Shown here piece after piece: positions 43,061 through 53,666 of a stretch of 64,000 nt of DNA. The notes below the pieces were generated by a model, which was not told the origin of the DNA, did not search any database, and saw only the letters and a list, made by a program, of their open reading frames with translations. The first letter of the stretch is position 1; each line of letters starts with the position of its first letter. Origin of the DNA: Epithemia pelagica (taxonomy: Eukaryota > Protista > Bacillariophyta); assembly GCA_946965045.2 (NCBI GenBank), contig OX337242.1, forward strand, positions 124,001-188,000. Reading direction: 5' to 3'. Made by a program: the position numbers and the translations under genes.

Positions 43061-45472
43061 ATGGTGGCCCTTACTGCCGGTAGCAGCAGCAACAACAACA
43101 AGCCATTGGAAGCAACATCCGACGATGCGGAACAGCCCAATGTAGAAGTCATCAAGGTGGCCCGTAGCAATAGCAGCAACAACAACAACCACAACCAGGA
43201 AAAGAGGGAGGAGAGTTCGTACAATACCACTAGTTTCATGCCCAGCAATCGACGGGCCGAAGTACCCGTCTTTCATTCCGGAAGTTTTCCACCCTATCAT
43301 GGCCGGAGCAAGATCTTGAATTGGATTCCAGGTGGGGATGATGATGAAGGTAGTAGTGAAGATGGATCGTACGATGAGAGTGAAGCGTCGGAGCAAGACG
43401 CAGAAGAAGCATCATCCACCGATTTGATGGCCAAGGACTGGAAACAACGGTTTGGGATCGAAAGCAAGTCGTCATCCGAAAAACAACAAAAACAAAAACA
43501 AAAACAAGAAGAACAAGAAGAACAAGAAGAACAACAAGAACAACAAGAACAAGAAGAACAACAAGAACAACAAGAAACAGAATCCAGAGAGTTGGAGGAG
43601 GAGAGTACCAGAGAGACGGAAAGTACTGCATCGGAACGCCATTCATCCAGAGAACAGCAAGAGGTTCCACAACACCATGAAACGCCACGACCCGAATTGT
43701 TTTTGGACAATGTCTTGGAAATGATCAAGGAAGAAGATGATGAAGACGAAGAATCAGCCGACGGAGAAGAGGCCAACAAGGATTCTCCTGTCATGGCTAA
43801 GTATGCCGATTCGTCCACCACGGTCAATCTCGACAAGTCGTCCTCGTCCGTTTTTAGTCCCAAGATTCCAGACATTGAATCCGACGACAAGACACGATCG
43901 ACTTCCATTTTGGATTCCGACGAATCCGGTAAGGACTGTCAAGAGGAAGAAACCACCAAGGACACAAAAGAGGAATCCACCGAGTTGAGTTCCTCTTCGG
44001 GTGACAGTACTACGAAAAAGGAAGGTGGCATGTTTCGCAACATGTTGAGTTCCTTCAAGAAAATGATCAAGGGTGTTGGTACTGGCGACAAACGAGTCGC
44101 AAAAGGGGCATCCGAGGATTCGCAACCCTTGGCACTACAGGGTAGTATGAACGACGTCCAAGATGACGACGATGGCAATGGAATCCTGACACCCTTTACC
44201 TGTGCCAAAACGTCCGACATGGTGGGAACGTCGCTGGTGGATACAGTCTTGACCTCGTGGAAACAGATTGAAACCGTCTCCAGCTCGACCATGTCCAGTT
44301 TGACCTTGGAAAATGCCGAACAACGTGCTTCGGCCGGGGTGGACATGGCCGAGGCCCTGGTGCCACAACAAACGGGCAAGTGTCACAATACCATGTGTGT
44401 GGAACCCTCGTGCGAATCGGAAATGACACGCACCATGGACCTCCCCGATGCCACGACGGCCATTTTGGAATCGGGAATGGACATGGCTGGTCAAACCTAT
44501 CAAGCCACCAAGTCCTACATTGAAACCACGCTTTCTTGTATGGAACAAAACCAGGTCATTCCACTCGACCAACCTGAACAAGAACAACAAGACCCAATGC
44601 CATTCTCGACTCCGATTGACAAAAAGAGCATTCAATCCGCTCTGTTGCGCATGCAAGAAACTCCCGCCGATGAAGCCGTGGAAGTCGAAGTGTCGTCGGG
44701 AGACGAAAGTCATGAGGCACCCGAAACACGCATTGCCGTCTTGTTTGAACATGCCATTCAAAATGTTGTCATTTTGGATACGGCACCCCATGCCGAAAAT
44801 TCCAGTCGGCATCATCACAGTCATCATCACAATAGTAGTAAGAAGGGCAAGTCGTCGGCTGTCTTTCAGTCTCATCGAGAAGCCAAAGAGCAAACCGTAG
44901 GAGTCATCACGACTGAGGAACAGGCCTTGCCGGCGCAAGAAGCATCCACCACCACCAAAAAGGCCTCTTCCTCCTCCAAAGGCTTTCGAGGAGCCTTTCG
45001 TCGCAAGATACGAGCGGTAAGCAGCAGCAACAACCACAAAACCACAAAGGAACGCACCGGCAGCGAGAGCACCGCCAACAAGGGCAAGACGAAACTGTCT
45101 GGCCTCAAAAAACGGTTCAAGGGAACCATGGGTGGAGGGAAACGTGAAAAATTGGGCCCCATTGTCTTGGAAGAATCGCCCGAGTCCACCGGCGGCGCCA
45201 AGGAGGATTTGAAAGCAACGACACCCGAGTCGACTACAACTCCAGTGGCCGAAGCGGTTCCGTCGAACACGGATGGTGCCATGGGAGACCAAAAAGAGCA
45301 GCCGAACCAAGAGAGTGATGCTGCTGCGGATAGCAACGAGAAGGACAATGACACTGCCGCTGTCCCGGAACCAAGTAAAGCAGAATCTGTGGACAACAAC
45401 ACGTCCGAGTCACAAGCCGACGAACCTGTTGTGCTTGCAACGGAACAAAGTCCCCCTGTCGCGGCTCAGTGA
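43061..45472 (+). CDS. Acidic low-complexity hypothetical protein (803 aa)
   Basis: Long ATG ORF in good Kozak context with E/Q/S-rich tracts; no domain recognised. Confidence 0.7.
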   Translation: MVALTAGSSSNNNKPLEATSDDAEQPNVEVIKVARSNSSNNNNHNQEKREESSYNTTSFMPSNRRAEVPVFHSGSFPPYHGRSKILNWIPGGDDDEGSSEDGSYDESEASEQDAEEASSTDLMAKDWKQRFGIESKSSSEKQQKQKQKQEEQEEQEEQQEQQEQEEQQEQQETESRELEEESTRETESTASERHSSREQQEVPQHHETPRPELFLDNVLEMIKEEDDEDEESADGEEANKDSPVMAKYADSSTTVNLDKSSSSVFSPKIPDIESDDKTRSTSILDSDESGKDCQEEETTKDTKEESTELSSSSGDSTTKKEGGMFRNMLSSFKKMIKGVGTGDKRVAKGASEDSQPLALQGSMNDVQDDDDGNGILTPFTCAKTSDMVGTSLVDTVLTSWKQIETVSSSTMSSLTLENAEQRASAGVDMAEALVPQQTGKCHNTMCVEPSCESEMTRTMDLPDATTAILESGMDMAGQTYQATKSYIETTLSCMEQNQVIPLDQPEQEQQDPMPFSTPIDKKSIQSALLRMQETPADEAVEVEVSSGDESHEAPETRIAVLFEHAIQNVVILDTAPHAENSSRHHHSHHHNSSKKGKSSAVFQSHREAKEQTVGVITTEEQALPAQEASTTTKKASSSSKGFRGAFRRKIRAVSSSNNHKTTKERTGSESTANKGKTKLSGLKKRFKGTMGGGKREKLGPIVLEESPESTGGAKEDLKATTPESTTTPVAEAVPSNTDGAMGDQKEQPNQESDAAADSNEKDNDTAAVPEPSKAESVDNNTSESQADEPVVLATEQSPPVAAQ

Positions 45473-47958
45473 GAATGTGAATATGTACACGCATGGAACT
45501 TATCCACAGAACCACCTAGATCCTTCTTTGATTGTTGATGTTCTGTTGTGTGTGATATTACACTCTTATGTTTTACGAAACGACCACACGTGGCGCCCAA
45601 CTCGTTGTAGGACTACCTAGTCAGCTGGTCCATTTATTTTATTCCTTCACTTCCCCTCCTTGCACCAGCAATCATCTACCATGTGCGATTGCTGAAATAG
45701 ATGCCATGCTCCTCCCCTCGTAACGACAGTCGGCGTCGGCTATCAACATTGTGCGCACAGTGCACGCACCCCGGAAGCAGAAGAAGAATCACAAGACTTG
45801 CATTCTCGGATCTAAAATGGCTCCTCCGAGGTCCTTCCTCGTCCTTGCCTTGTGAATCATCATCGATAGGTAGCTGTACCAGTCCACTGGAACAGTTTGC
45901 TCCATGGCCGCAATCGAATCCAACGACCTTTTTGCTCCTCCAGCTCTCCACAGGTCGCATGTGTGTACATGGTATCATCCTCTTGCACAATAATTGACAC
46001 CATCAGGTTGCACGAGTCTGTCGACGAGAAGGATCCACTGGGTGTGGAATCCCGGCACCGGGACAAGAGTCTGTGTACTTTACAAGAGCAAACAGGCCCA
46101 CCGGGAGTCCTGGGACAAACCCTGAACCGTTTCCTTTTCACGTACCGTGTAACCGTACTCGGCTCTTGACGACGACAGACCCTTCTTCTTGATCACGGAC
46201 AATACCACCAGGACAATGAATTGCAGGACATGAGGTGCAATGCCATCATGGCGTCAGACACATATCATGAGGGTCTTGACTCCATGACAGGGATTCCTCG
46301 TTCACGGTAATTCTCCATTCCACCAGTCTCACAATGTACGGATGGAAAGGGGTAATCCAATCCAACACCCCACTCAATCCAAGGTAGAGCCCCCAAACTG
46401 CAATCAGGTATCGGGCCAATGCAAAACGAGTAAACCTGTCCACATCCGACAGAGTGCTGGATCCTTCCAAAGCTTGGTATTGCCAACGTTTGTTCTCCAC
46501 GACAATTTGCGTCCCACCAGTGCCAAGGTGTAGGAGGAAAGCTTCTCGATGGATTATGCCAGCTATGCTTTCTTGTTCAAGCGTTCTTTGTTGGACAAGA
46601 GTGAATTCCCACATGTCGATTTTGTGAGAACAATCTGCTTGTTCGGGTCATCCTCGTCAGGCGGACACTGATAGCAAAAAGTACCAGTATGCCATATATT
46701 GTATCCATCTCAGTCCCGTTCATTCGTGACAGATCTTCTCCCGATTCGCGCTTGACAACCGCAGCTCCAGTCGGTGGAATTGGAGAGAGTGAGAGAGTCT
46801 ATTGGTTTGTTGTCGGTCTTTTGATGGAGTGTCTATGTCCTTTGTTGGACAGAAGATACAGAATGCCCTTTTGGCGGGAGAGAACAGACGCAAAAACAGT
46901 GACCGACCCATTGACATGCACCCCTGTTGTGGCGATACCTTAATATGAATGACACTGCTCTGTCACGAGAGAGCTATATCAATCGAGAGGCTCGAGTAGA
47001 GGAGTGACTTGTGTGTCATGGAACCATTGCTCCACATTAGGAACCTTGAGGCGCCCAACCATGTTGCAGTGTATTGGACTACGCAACAACGGGAAACGAA
47101 GATGACATTCCGTCCTCCAGTGCTGTTGGTTGTCTAGTAAGGTTGTTCCGAAAGACACGGTATCGACCAAAGCACCTTGTGATTGGATTGCATTGTCACT
47201 TGTTTCACTGTTTGGGGTCTCAGGAAGAGGCACAATGCAAAATCTTGCTACAGCAAAAGGAGTTGAGGCGATGCACATGCAGTTGCCGAACCCTTTTCTG
47301 CTGTCCTGAAAAAGAGGGTAGGAGGGTGCACCAATAATATAATAGTGTGCAAAGCTGTTGGTGAGCCACCGACGATCCAACAACCTTCCTTCTTCTTGCT
47401 TCTGGAGAGAGAGTCGGTTGGAACGAAGATAGAGGATACCCTTCCACAAAATTTTGGAAATTTGTAACAGGGAGTTGGAGCGATGCACATACAACTCTCG
47501 TCACGCATCCCCCAAAGTCATTGCTACGTGGGAACTCCCCCACGCGCACGCATGCGGAGGCATCTTTGGGGAGTACAACAAAGTCCACAGTCGTAGTGAC
47601 CATACACAGCACTTATTCTGGGAGGGATTGGCCCTTCCGAAGGATGCCACGCGAGAATACCCAGACCCGAACGTGATCGTAAAACTTTGCCCTACAATAA
47701 GCGAAATTGGACAATCCCAACAGTGCATCCAAGAAGATGGTATTCGGCGCTGCGAGTTAACAATTCCACGATAAGAATTGGTGGGACTCACGGAGGCTCA
47801 CGTGTTTCCTTCCGGGGTCCACTTGGGGACTCGATCAGACCGATGGTGGCCACTCGACTACTGCCTCAACCATTATTGCAATTTCAATTGGGTAGGGCCA
47901 AAGCTAGCTAAAACATTCCATAGAGAATAGGTACTATTATTATGGGATTCTCGAAGTA

Positions 47959-48552
47959 CAAGCTGGTTCACGTTGCGAAGTGCATGAGTTTTTCAGAGTG
48001 GGAAATTGTATAATACACTTTATCCCACAGTACCCCAGCGTTTCGAACCAGTTACTTTTTCATGCTCCTCACATTTTGTCGCGCACATATCGTAAATCGT
48101 AAAATGCAAAATGCAATAACGACAAGTGACCGCTTCATGCGACAATGGCCATTCACCAGCCGAGATGCGAAGCACCACCCAACCTAATCGATAGGATAGA
48201 TATAAAAGTAGTAGGAAATCATAGGGGTGTCGCGCATCTCGACCTGTGGTTCAGTCTCCACAAGGAGTGAACGTATTTCCACTGCTGAGCATCGTGGACA
48301 ATCATTCTCCATCTCCTTAGCTGTGCCCATAAAAACAAATTAAACCTACTTCGTCTATTAGTTGCAGCAGTTCTTGTGCTTGCGGCCATGAATGGCATCG
48401 TATTTGCCCAAACATCGGGACGTCCCATTGTCATTGTCATTTTCATGGGTGCTGTGCTGCGGAAAATCACTATAGAATTTTATGTACGATTTTTTTCCAG
48501 TACAGTCTTCTACACTAATATACTCATGCACTGCGCAACGTGAACCAGCTTG
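47959..48552. mobile_element. Non-autonomous Tc1/mariner-like element, 594 bp
   Basis: 31-bp TIR CAAGCTGGTTCACGTTGCG(A/C)AGTGCATGAGT with 1 mismatch (47959-47989, 48522-48552); TA on both sides (47957-47958, 48553-48554). Confidence 0.88.
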
Positions 48553-49623
48553 TAGCATGTTTTTGGAGTCGGAGTGTCTGCTTCCGGATGAGTCCAACGG
48601 CATGAAGTATGAAGTGTCAAGCCGGAACATTCAATCTGACTAAATGACGAATTACAATTTGACGAAACGACATCTTGACTGTCCAACAGGTAGTACTCCT
48701 CTTCCAGATACTCCTAGGAGATTTCTTGCGCTCAAGTCATATCCCTCTTCACTATACTCTGGTAGATTCTCTCCATGGGACTCCTCCCCGAAGCAAAATA
48801 CGGAATGTGGAGCTTTGGGATCTACTCCTCTAGATAGAAGCTAGCTAGGTAGCTTCTTTTGCTGGAACGGGTCTATTGGACCAGATTTCCGGTCCATGTG
48901 GATTGACCAACCTTGACGTGAAATACAAGTGTTCGTTGTGGTTCCCCCCAACAGCCCTCCTAATAATTATTTGGCAGTGTAGGCACGCGTGTACTAGCAG
49001 TGATGCGACTCCACCTATTCCCCAAAACGAATGAGACGCCTCGTATTCTGAGAATGGTACGGCCAAACGATCCCTTTCTATTATAAACAAGTGCTACAAA
49101 ACAAAACACAAAAAGAGTAGAGTGTGTAGTTTGTAGTCCACAAACCAAAGTGTATGCCGTTGGGGCTCGTGAATTTCCATTCGTCCAACTTTTTCTCTCT
49201 CTAGTAGAGAGAAAAAAAGACAACTGTATTGATCCCTCCAACGACGACGACGACGACGAGGTCTCACTGCACAACACGAATACTTCACAGATACGCGATC
49301 TCGACAGTCTCTCTCTCTTTCTTTTTGAGTTAGGCGTCAATTCTCTTTTTTTTTTTCGTTCACGCACAAGGCGTCATTGTGATCCTTGTCATTGTAGTGG
49401 CGGTTGAGTGGCCTGAGATACTAGAAAGCAACCGTTGTTACCAGTGCCCAGCAAAATCAAGCAAGCAAGCAACAAGAACTCAATCTCTCTCATGAACGAA
49501 ACAACAACAAGAGCAGCAACCATTTTGAGACGCAGCATAATTCATCCATATCTGAAGTAAGAAGGAGGGCCAACACCAGCAGCAGCAACAACAACGCCCT
49601 GGTAGGTGTCGTCCATTCTCGGC

Positions 49624-52503
49624 ATGAATCGATTGCCCCAACCAACAGCACAGGATGGACCCGCACAACCACAACCAGCACAACATCAACAACAAGCACA
49701 ACAACAAGCACAAGGGCAAAAACGATCCGTCTCCTTTCCTCCTTCGGCCAAGGCCGCATTGTTTCATCAACAACAACGGCACTCGCAATCCCAATCCCAA
49801 TCACTGGGCCGGTTGGAACCATACTTGACATCAGCAGCAACAGGAACAACAACAACAACAACAAGACGAGGAGATCAACGATGGCTGGCACAACAAGAAC
49901 AAACTGTACCAGTATCACGATCCGCAATGGCAGGGGCCGAACGAGGAGGAGGCCCCGAGGCACAAACACCACAGTCACAAACACGTTCACGACCACGACC
50001 ACCGCGGCTCTTGTACGATCCCACTACCGATCATGACTTGTTTTCCCCCTATCATGTCTTGATTCGACAAAACATTCAAGTCGTACAAGTAGTACCACAA
50101 GCCGAGGAACCACCATCTGCTCAACCAGGACAAGAGGATGGCCGCAAACGGTGGCATCGTTCCAGTTCCCTGCAGAGACCCTTTGCCGGTCAGGTGGGAT
50201 TGCAATGTCGCTTTTGTGCTCAACAAGCCATGAAACAACGACAGGAGCAGCAGCAACAACAACAACAACAACAACATGCCACTGCGCAAGCAATCGACAG
50301 GAAAGAAAGACTACCAATATCACTGCCAAGTACCCACGACCAACAGCCATTCAGTGGAAAACAACAACAACAACAAAAACAACCTTCCTCTGTTGAATTG
50401 CCTCCACCAACCGGCGATTCAGGAGACAGCAGCACTGCAGATCCAGACTCGGCCAATTCTGTTTCACCCACCCACTCTCCCTTGTTGAAGGGTGTTGGTA
50501 GTGGGACGACTCGCAGCACAGTGGCTCCAGCAGCAGCAGCAGGAGCAGCAGCAGCAGCCGCTACAACCAATGACTTGATGAATGCCTCCACCTTGTCCTT
50601 GTCCATGAGTTCCCTCTATCTGGGATCCTCCTTTTCGTCCCGAACCTCCTCCACGAGCATTCCCAATTTGGAAGCCTCCTCTTCTTCCTTTTCGTTTGCC
50701 TCCTCCCAACAGTTACTCAACTTGGGTGCCTCCTCCTCCTCTCTGGTATCCAGCACGAGCAATCTACCAGTCACAGCATCCACGACACCACAAGCACAAG
50801 GTGCAGCGACACTGGATGGTGATGGTAGTGCTGCTGCTGGTGCTGCTGCTAGTGGTTCAGCTCATGTTCCCTTAGTCATTGCATCAGCACCCTTGGCAAC
50901 GACTCCATCATCATCCACAACCGTCTCTGGCACAAATCAAGCTCCTTCTCAGTCTCCAACCACCACAACCAGTGACACTAGCACCACTCTCTCACCAACA
51001 GCGCCGTCTCAATCTCCAACCACCACAACCAGTGACACTAGCGCCACTCTCTCACCAACAGCGCCGGCACTTTCGGATGCTTTGCCATCTCCTCCTTCTC
51101 CTCCTTTGGAACCACTGCTGTTGGATTCTTCGTCCTTGCCATTTTCCTCCTTGTTGTGGCCTCGTGTCGAGGAGTTGCCTCTGGGTGCCGTTCAATTTCC
51201 CCGCCAATTGAGTCATGTCGCACAAGCGGCCCAAACCATTGCCAATTCGCATTGGGTCGATCAATGTCATGCCATTCCTCCGGCCGTGCGCATGGAATTG
51301 TTCAATTTGCGAAGTACGCAGAATACGGGCACATTGAAAACGGCCTGGATGGATCGCATGTTGGCATTGGGCATTGTCGAAGATGTCGTGGAAGATGATG
51401 ATGATGATGATGATGATGAACCCTTGTCGTCGTTGTCTCTGGACCCAGCCGCAGGGACAACCACCAAACGTCCACGCAGTCGACGAAGAGGTCTGAGGTA
51501 TGCCCATGAACATGAAACCATTCGTCGCCGGCAGGACGAACTGGATGACTATGACAATGACGACCAAGAACACGACGCACAACAACACAACGACGACGAC
51601 GACGACGAAAGAGAACACCAGGACCCTGCGTATTATCCCACACACGCCATTTCTTCTTCATCATCTCGCTCTCTATCACCACCACGTCCCATTACATTAA
51701 CTTCAGTATGGCAGTCCATGACCATGGACCATTGGCCTCCGCAATTACGAGGGAGTAGTAGTAGTGCCACCGGTAAGGAATTAGACCTTGCTCCCAACCC
51801 AAATCGAGTCATGGTGGAAACCGAAGAAAACCAATTTCCAGCCATGCCAAAGGCCTCCACAGAAGTGGCAGCCAATGCCAGCCCCACTCGACAACATGGA
51901 AGGACGACAACATGGCAACCTTCGGATCCACATCAACAACTCAAAATTGACCAGATTCCTCTCTTGCCTCTTCCAGGGAGTCCCAAACGACTCAAAGAAT
52001 TTGTCTTGCAACAGCAACAACTGCAAAGAAGGAGTCGTGAAGGAAGAGGAGGATCACATTTGGAGGCCGAGTCGTCATCCTTGTCACAACAAAGCCCGCC
52101 CAAAGAAGTTCAACGCAAACCATCACCACTTCCAAGTAAGCTGCAGGATCATCATCAACATTCAGATGAGCACGACAAACAACGCCATCCTTCTCCGAAT
52201 CAACAAGTCGAATCGTCTTCCTCGTCGTCGGTCCTTTCGGTAGACGAACTCACCTTGTTGGGGGACAAGACGCATCCATCCACGCTGGAAGATGTCCGAC
52301 GAAGCAGCAGTAGCAGTAGCATCAGTATCATTATCAGTGGAAGCGATCTTGGAAGTGGAGACGACGACATGAGCAGCAGCAGCACGAGTAGCAGCTGCAG
52401 TATTACTTCCAATGTCAGCAGTAGTCACAGTCCTTCCCACGAAGCATCGCTCGAATCAGCCGTGGGAACCACCGAGCCCGACGCCCAAGAAGATTCGTGG
52501 TGA
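49624..52503 (+). CDS. Second GQVGxxCxxC-family paralogue (959 aa)
   Basis: First ATG at 49624; same conserved blocks as 38214-39863; 60-bp internal tandem duplication at ~50941-51066; poly-Q, poly-A and poly-D tracts. Confidence 0.8.
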   Translation: MNRLPQPTAQDGPAQPQPAQHQQQAQQQAQGQKRSVSFPPSAKAALFHQQQRHSQSQSQSLGRLEPYLTSAATGTTTTTTRRGDQRWLAQQEQTVPVSRSAMAGAERGGGPEAQTPQSQTRSRPRPPRLLYDPTTDHDLFSPYHVLIRQNIQVVQVVPQAEEPPSAQPGQEDGRKRWHRSSSLQRPFAGQVGLQCRFCAQQAMKQRQEQQQQQQQQQHATAQAIDRKERLPISLPSTHDQQPFSGKQQQQQKQPSSVELPPPTGDSGDSSTADPDSANSVSPTHSPLLKGVGSGTTRSTVAPAAAAGAAAAAATTNDLMNASTLSLSMSSLYLGSSFSSRTSSTSIPNLEASSSSFSFASSQQLLNLGASSSSLVSSTSNLPVTASTTPQAQGAATLDGDGSAAAGAAASGSAHVPLVIASAPLATTPSSSTTVSGTNQAPSQSPTTTTSDTSTTLSPTAPSQSPTTTTSDTSATLSPTAPALSDALPSPPSPPLEPLLLDSSSLPFSSLLWPRVEELPLGAVQFPRQLSHVAQAAQTIANSHWVDQCHAIPPAVRMELFNLRSTQNTGTLKTAWMDRMLALGIVEDVVEDDDDDDDDEPLSSLSLDPAAGTTTKRPRSRRRGLRYAHEHETIRRRQDELDDYDNDDQEHDAQQHNDDDDDEREHQDPAYYPTHAISSSSSRSLSPPRPITLTSVWQSMTMDHWPPQLRGSSSSATGKELDLAPNPNRVMVETEENQFPAMPKASTEVAANASPTRQHGRTTTWQPSDPHQQLKIDQIPLLPLPGSPKRLKEFVLQQQQLQRRSREGRGGSHLEAESSSLSQQSPPKEVQRKPSPLPSKLQDHHQHSDEHDKQRHPSPNQQVESSSSSSVLSVDELTLLGDKTHPSTLEDVRRSSSSSSISIIISGSDLGSGDDDMSSSSTSSSCSITSNVSSSHSPSHEASLESAVGTTEPDAQEDSW

Positions 52504-53666
52504 AATCAAGACCTCTCCTGGCGGTTGTTAAAGTTGATATCCAATCCAACTGTGAGGAGGAAAATGTCATTACAATGCTAAAATGATGCCTCCATGTGCA
52601 CTCGGGTGATATCGACCATTCAAGACCAACGTTGTACGGATGACTCTTCCATATGACGGCGAGCCAAGAGATCGAATAATGATCTCTTTCGGACTCGAAA
52701 CTGCTTTGTTTGCTATTCTATAGCACAAACCAGGAACTTGGCCAAAAGGGAAATAGAATACCCACAACAGAAGCTTTTCCGCATTTCTCTTGCGTAGTAG
52801 TTTGGATGATGTAGTTGTCCTCTAGAAGAACGAAGGGTATCTGCGCATCTACCCATCACGAGGATGTGTGTGTCGTAGCGATACTCAGAGCGACCTATAA
52901 GCGATTGAAATACGCGTGACGTCTGCCCGCTCCGGTCGCGCGGGGCGAAGTGACATGTAAGAACCCCACTTGACCAGAGGCCTCAATAGATGGAACTACT
53001 CCTAGTACTAGGTAGATCTCCTCTACCTGCATCATGTCATGTACCCACCAAGCAGGGTTTTGAATTCCGAATTGAGATTTTTTCTAATTCCCAAAATTGG
53101 GAAGAAATTTAAGCGAAATTCCGTTATTTCCGCCTATTTCACCGTCCATGAAATCCCAAATACACAATTTTAGTTCATTTTGACAGTTACGACAAGGAAA
53201 TTTCCTATTTTCCCTCCATTTTCCCCACCCCTCCCCTCACAATTCCCAATTCCCAATTTCATTTCAAGTACTGTCTTCGACAATTCTGAATTTCCATTCA
53301 TTTCCTCCCCACGTATTTCCAAATTCCCAATTTCATTCCATTTCGCCATTCCCTGCAATACGAATTCTCTATTTCAATTCAATTCACATTTCCCTAGCAT
53401 AGAATTCTATATTTCCTCGTATGTCTTGTATTGCCGATCCCAACCATACAAAATCTCATAGTGACAAGATACATCGTCTCCTCGTATATCAGCAACCAAC
53501 CAGCACCTCCTTGGTCATTGACCCACAGCAAGAAACATCCCTGATCCTTTCATCTTTCCCCCCTCATGCTAGGACGCACATGTCTTCATGCTTGTATCCT
53601 GGTTATTCGATCCATCAAAACAATCTTCAAAGCCCAGTTTCTCTATCGACTTTGTCTGATTCCACC

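Noticed and set aside
45676-47911. Short ORFs (60-170 aa) suggesting a degraded gene or transposase
   Set aside because: No recognisable motif and multiple stops in all frames.
53421-53666. Track start of the transposase at 53421
   Set aside because: It abuts the subterminal repeats and encodes uninformative sequence; ATG 53667 (CCACCATG) is the more plausible start, though unproven.
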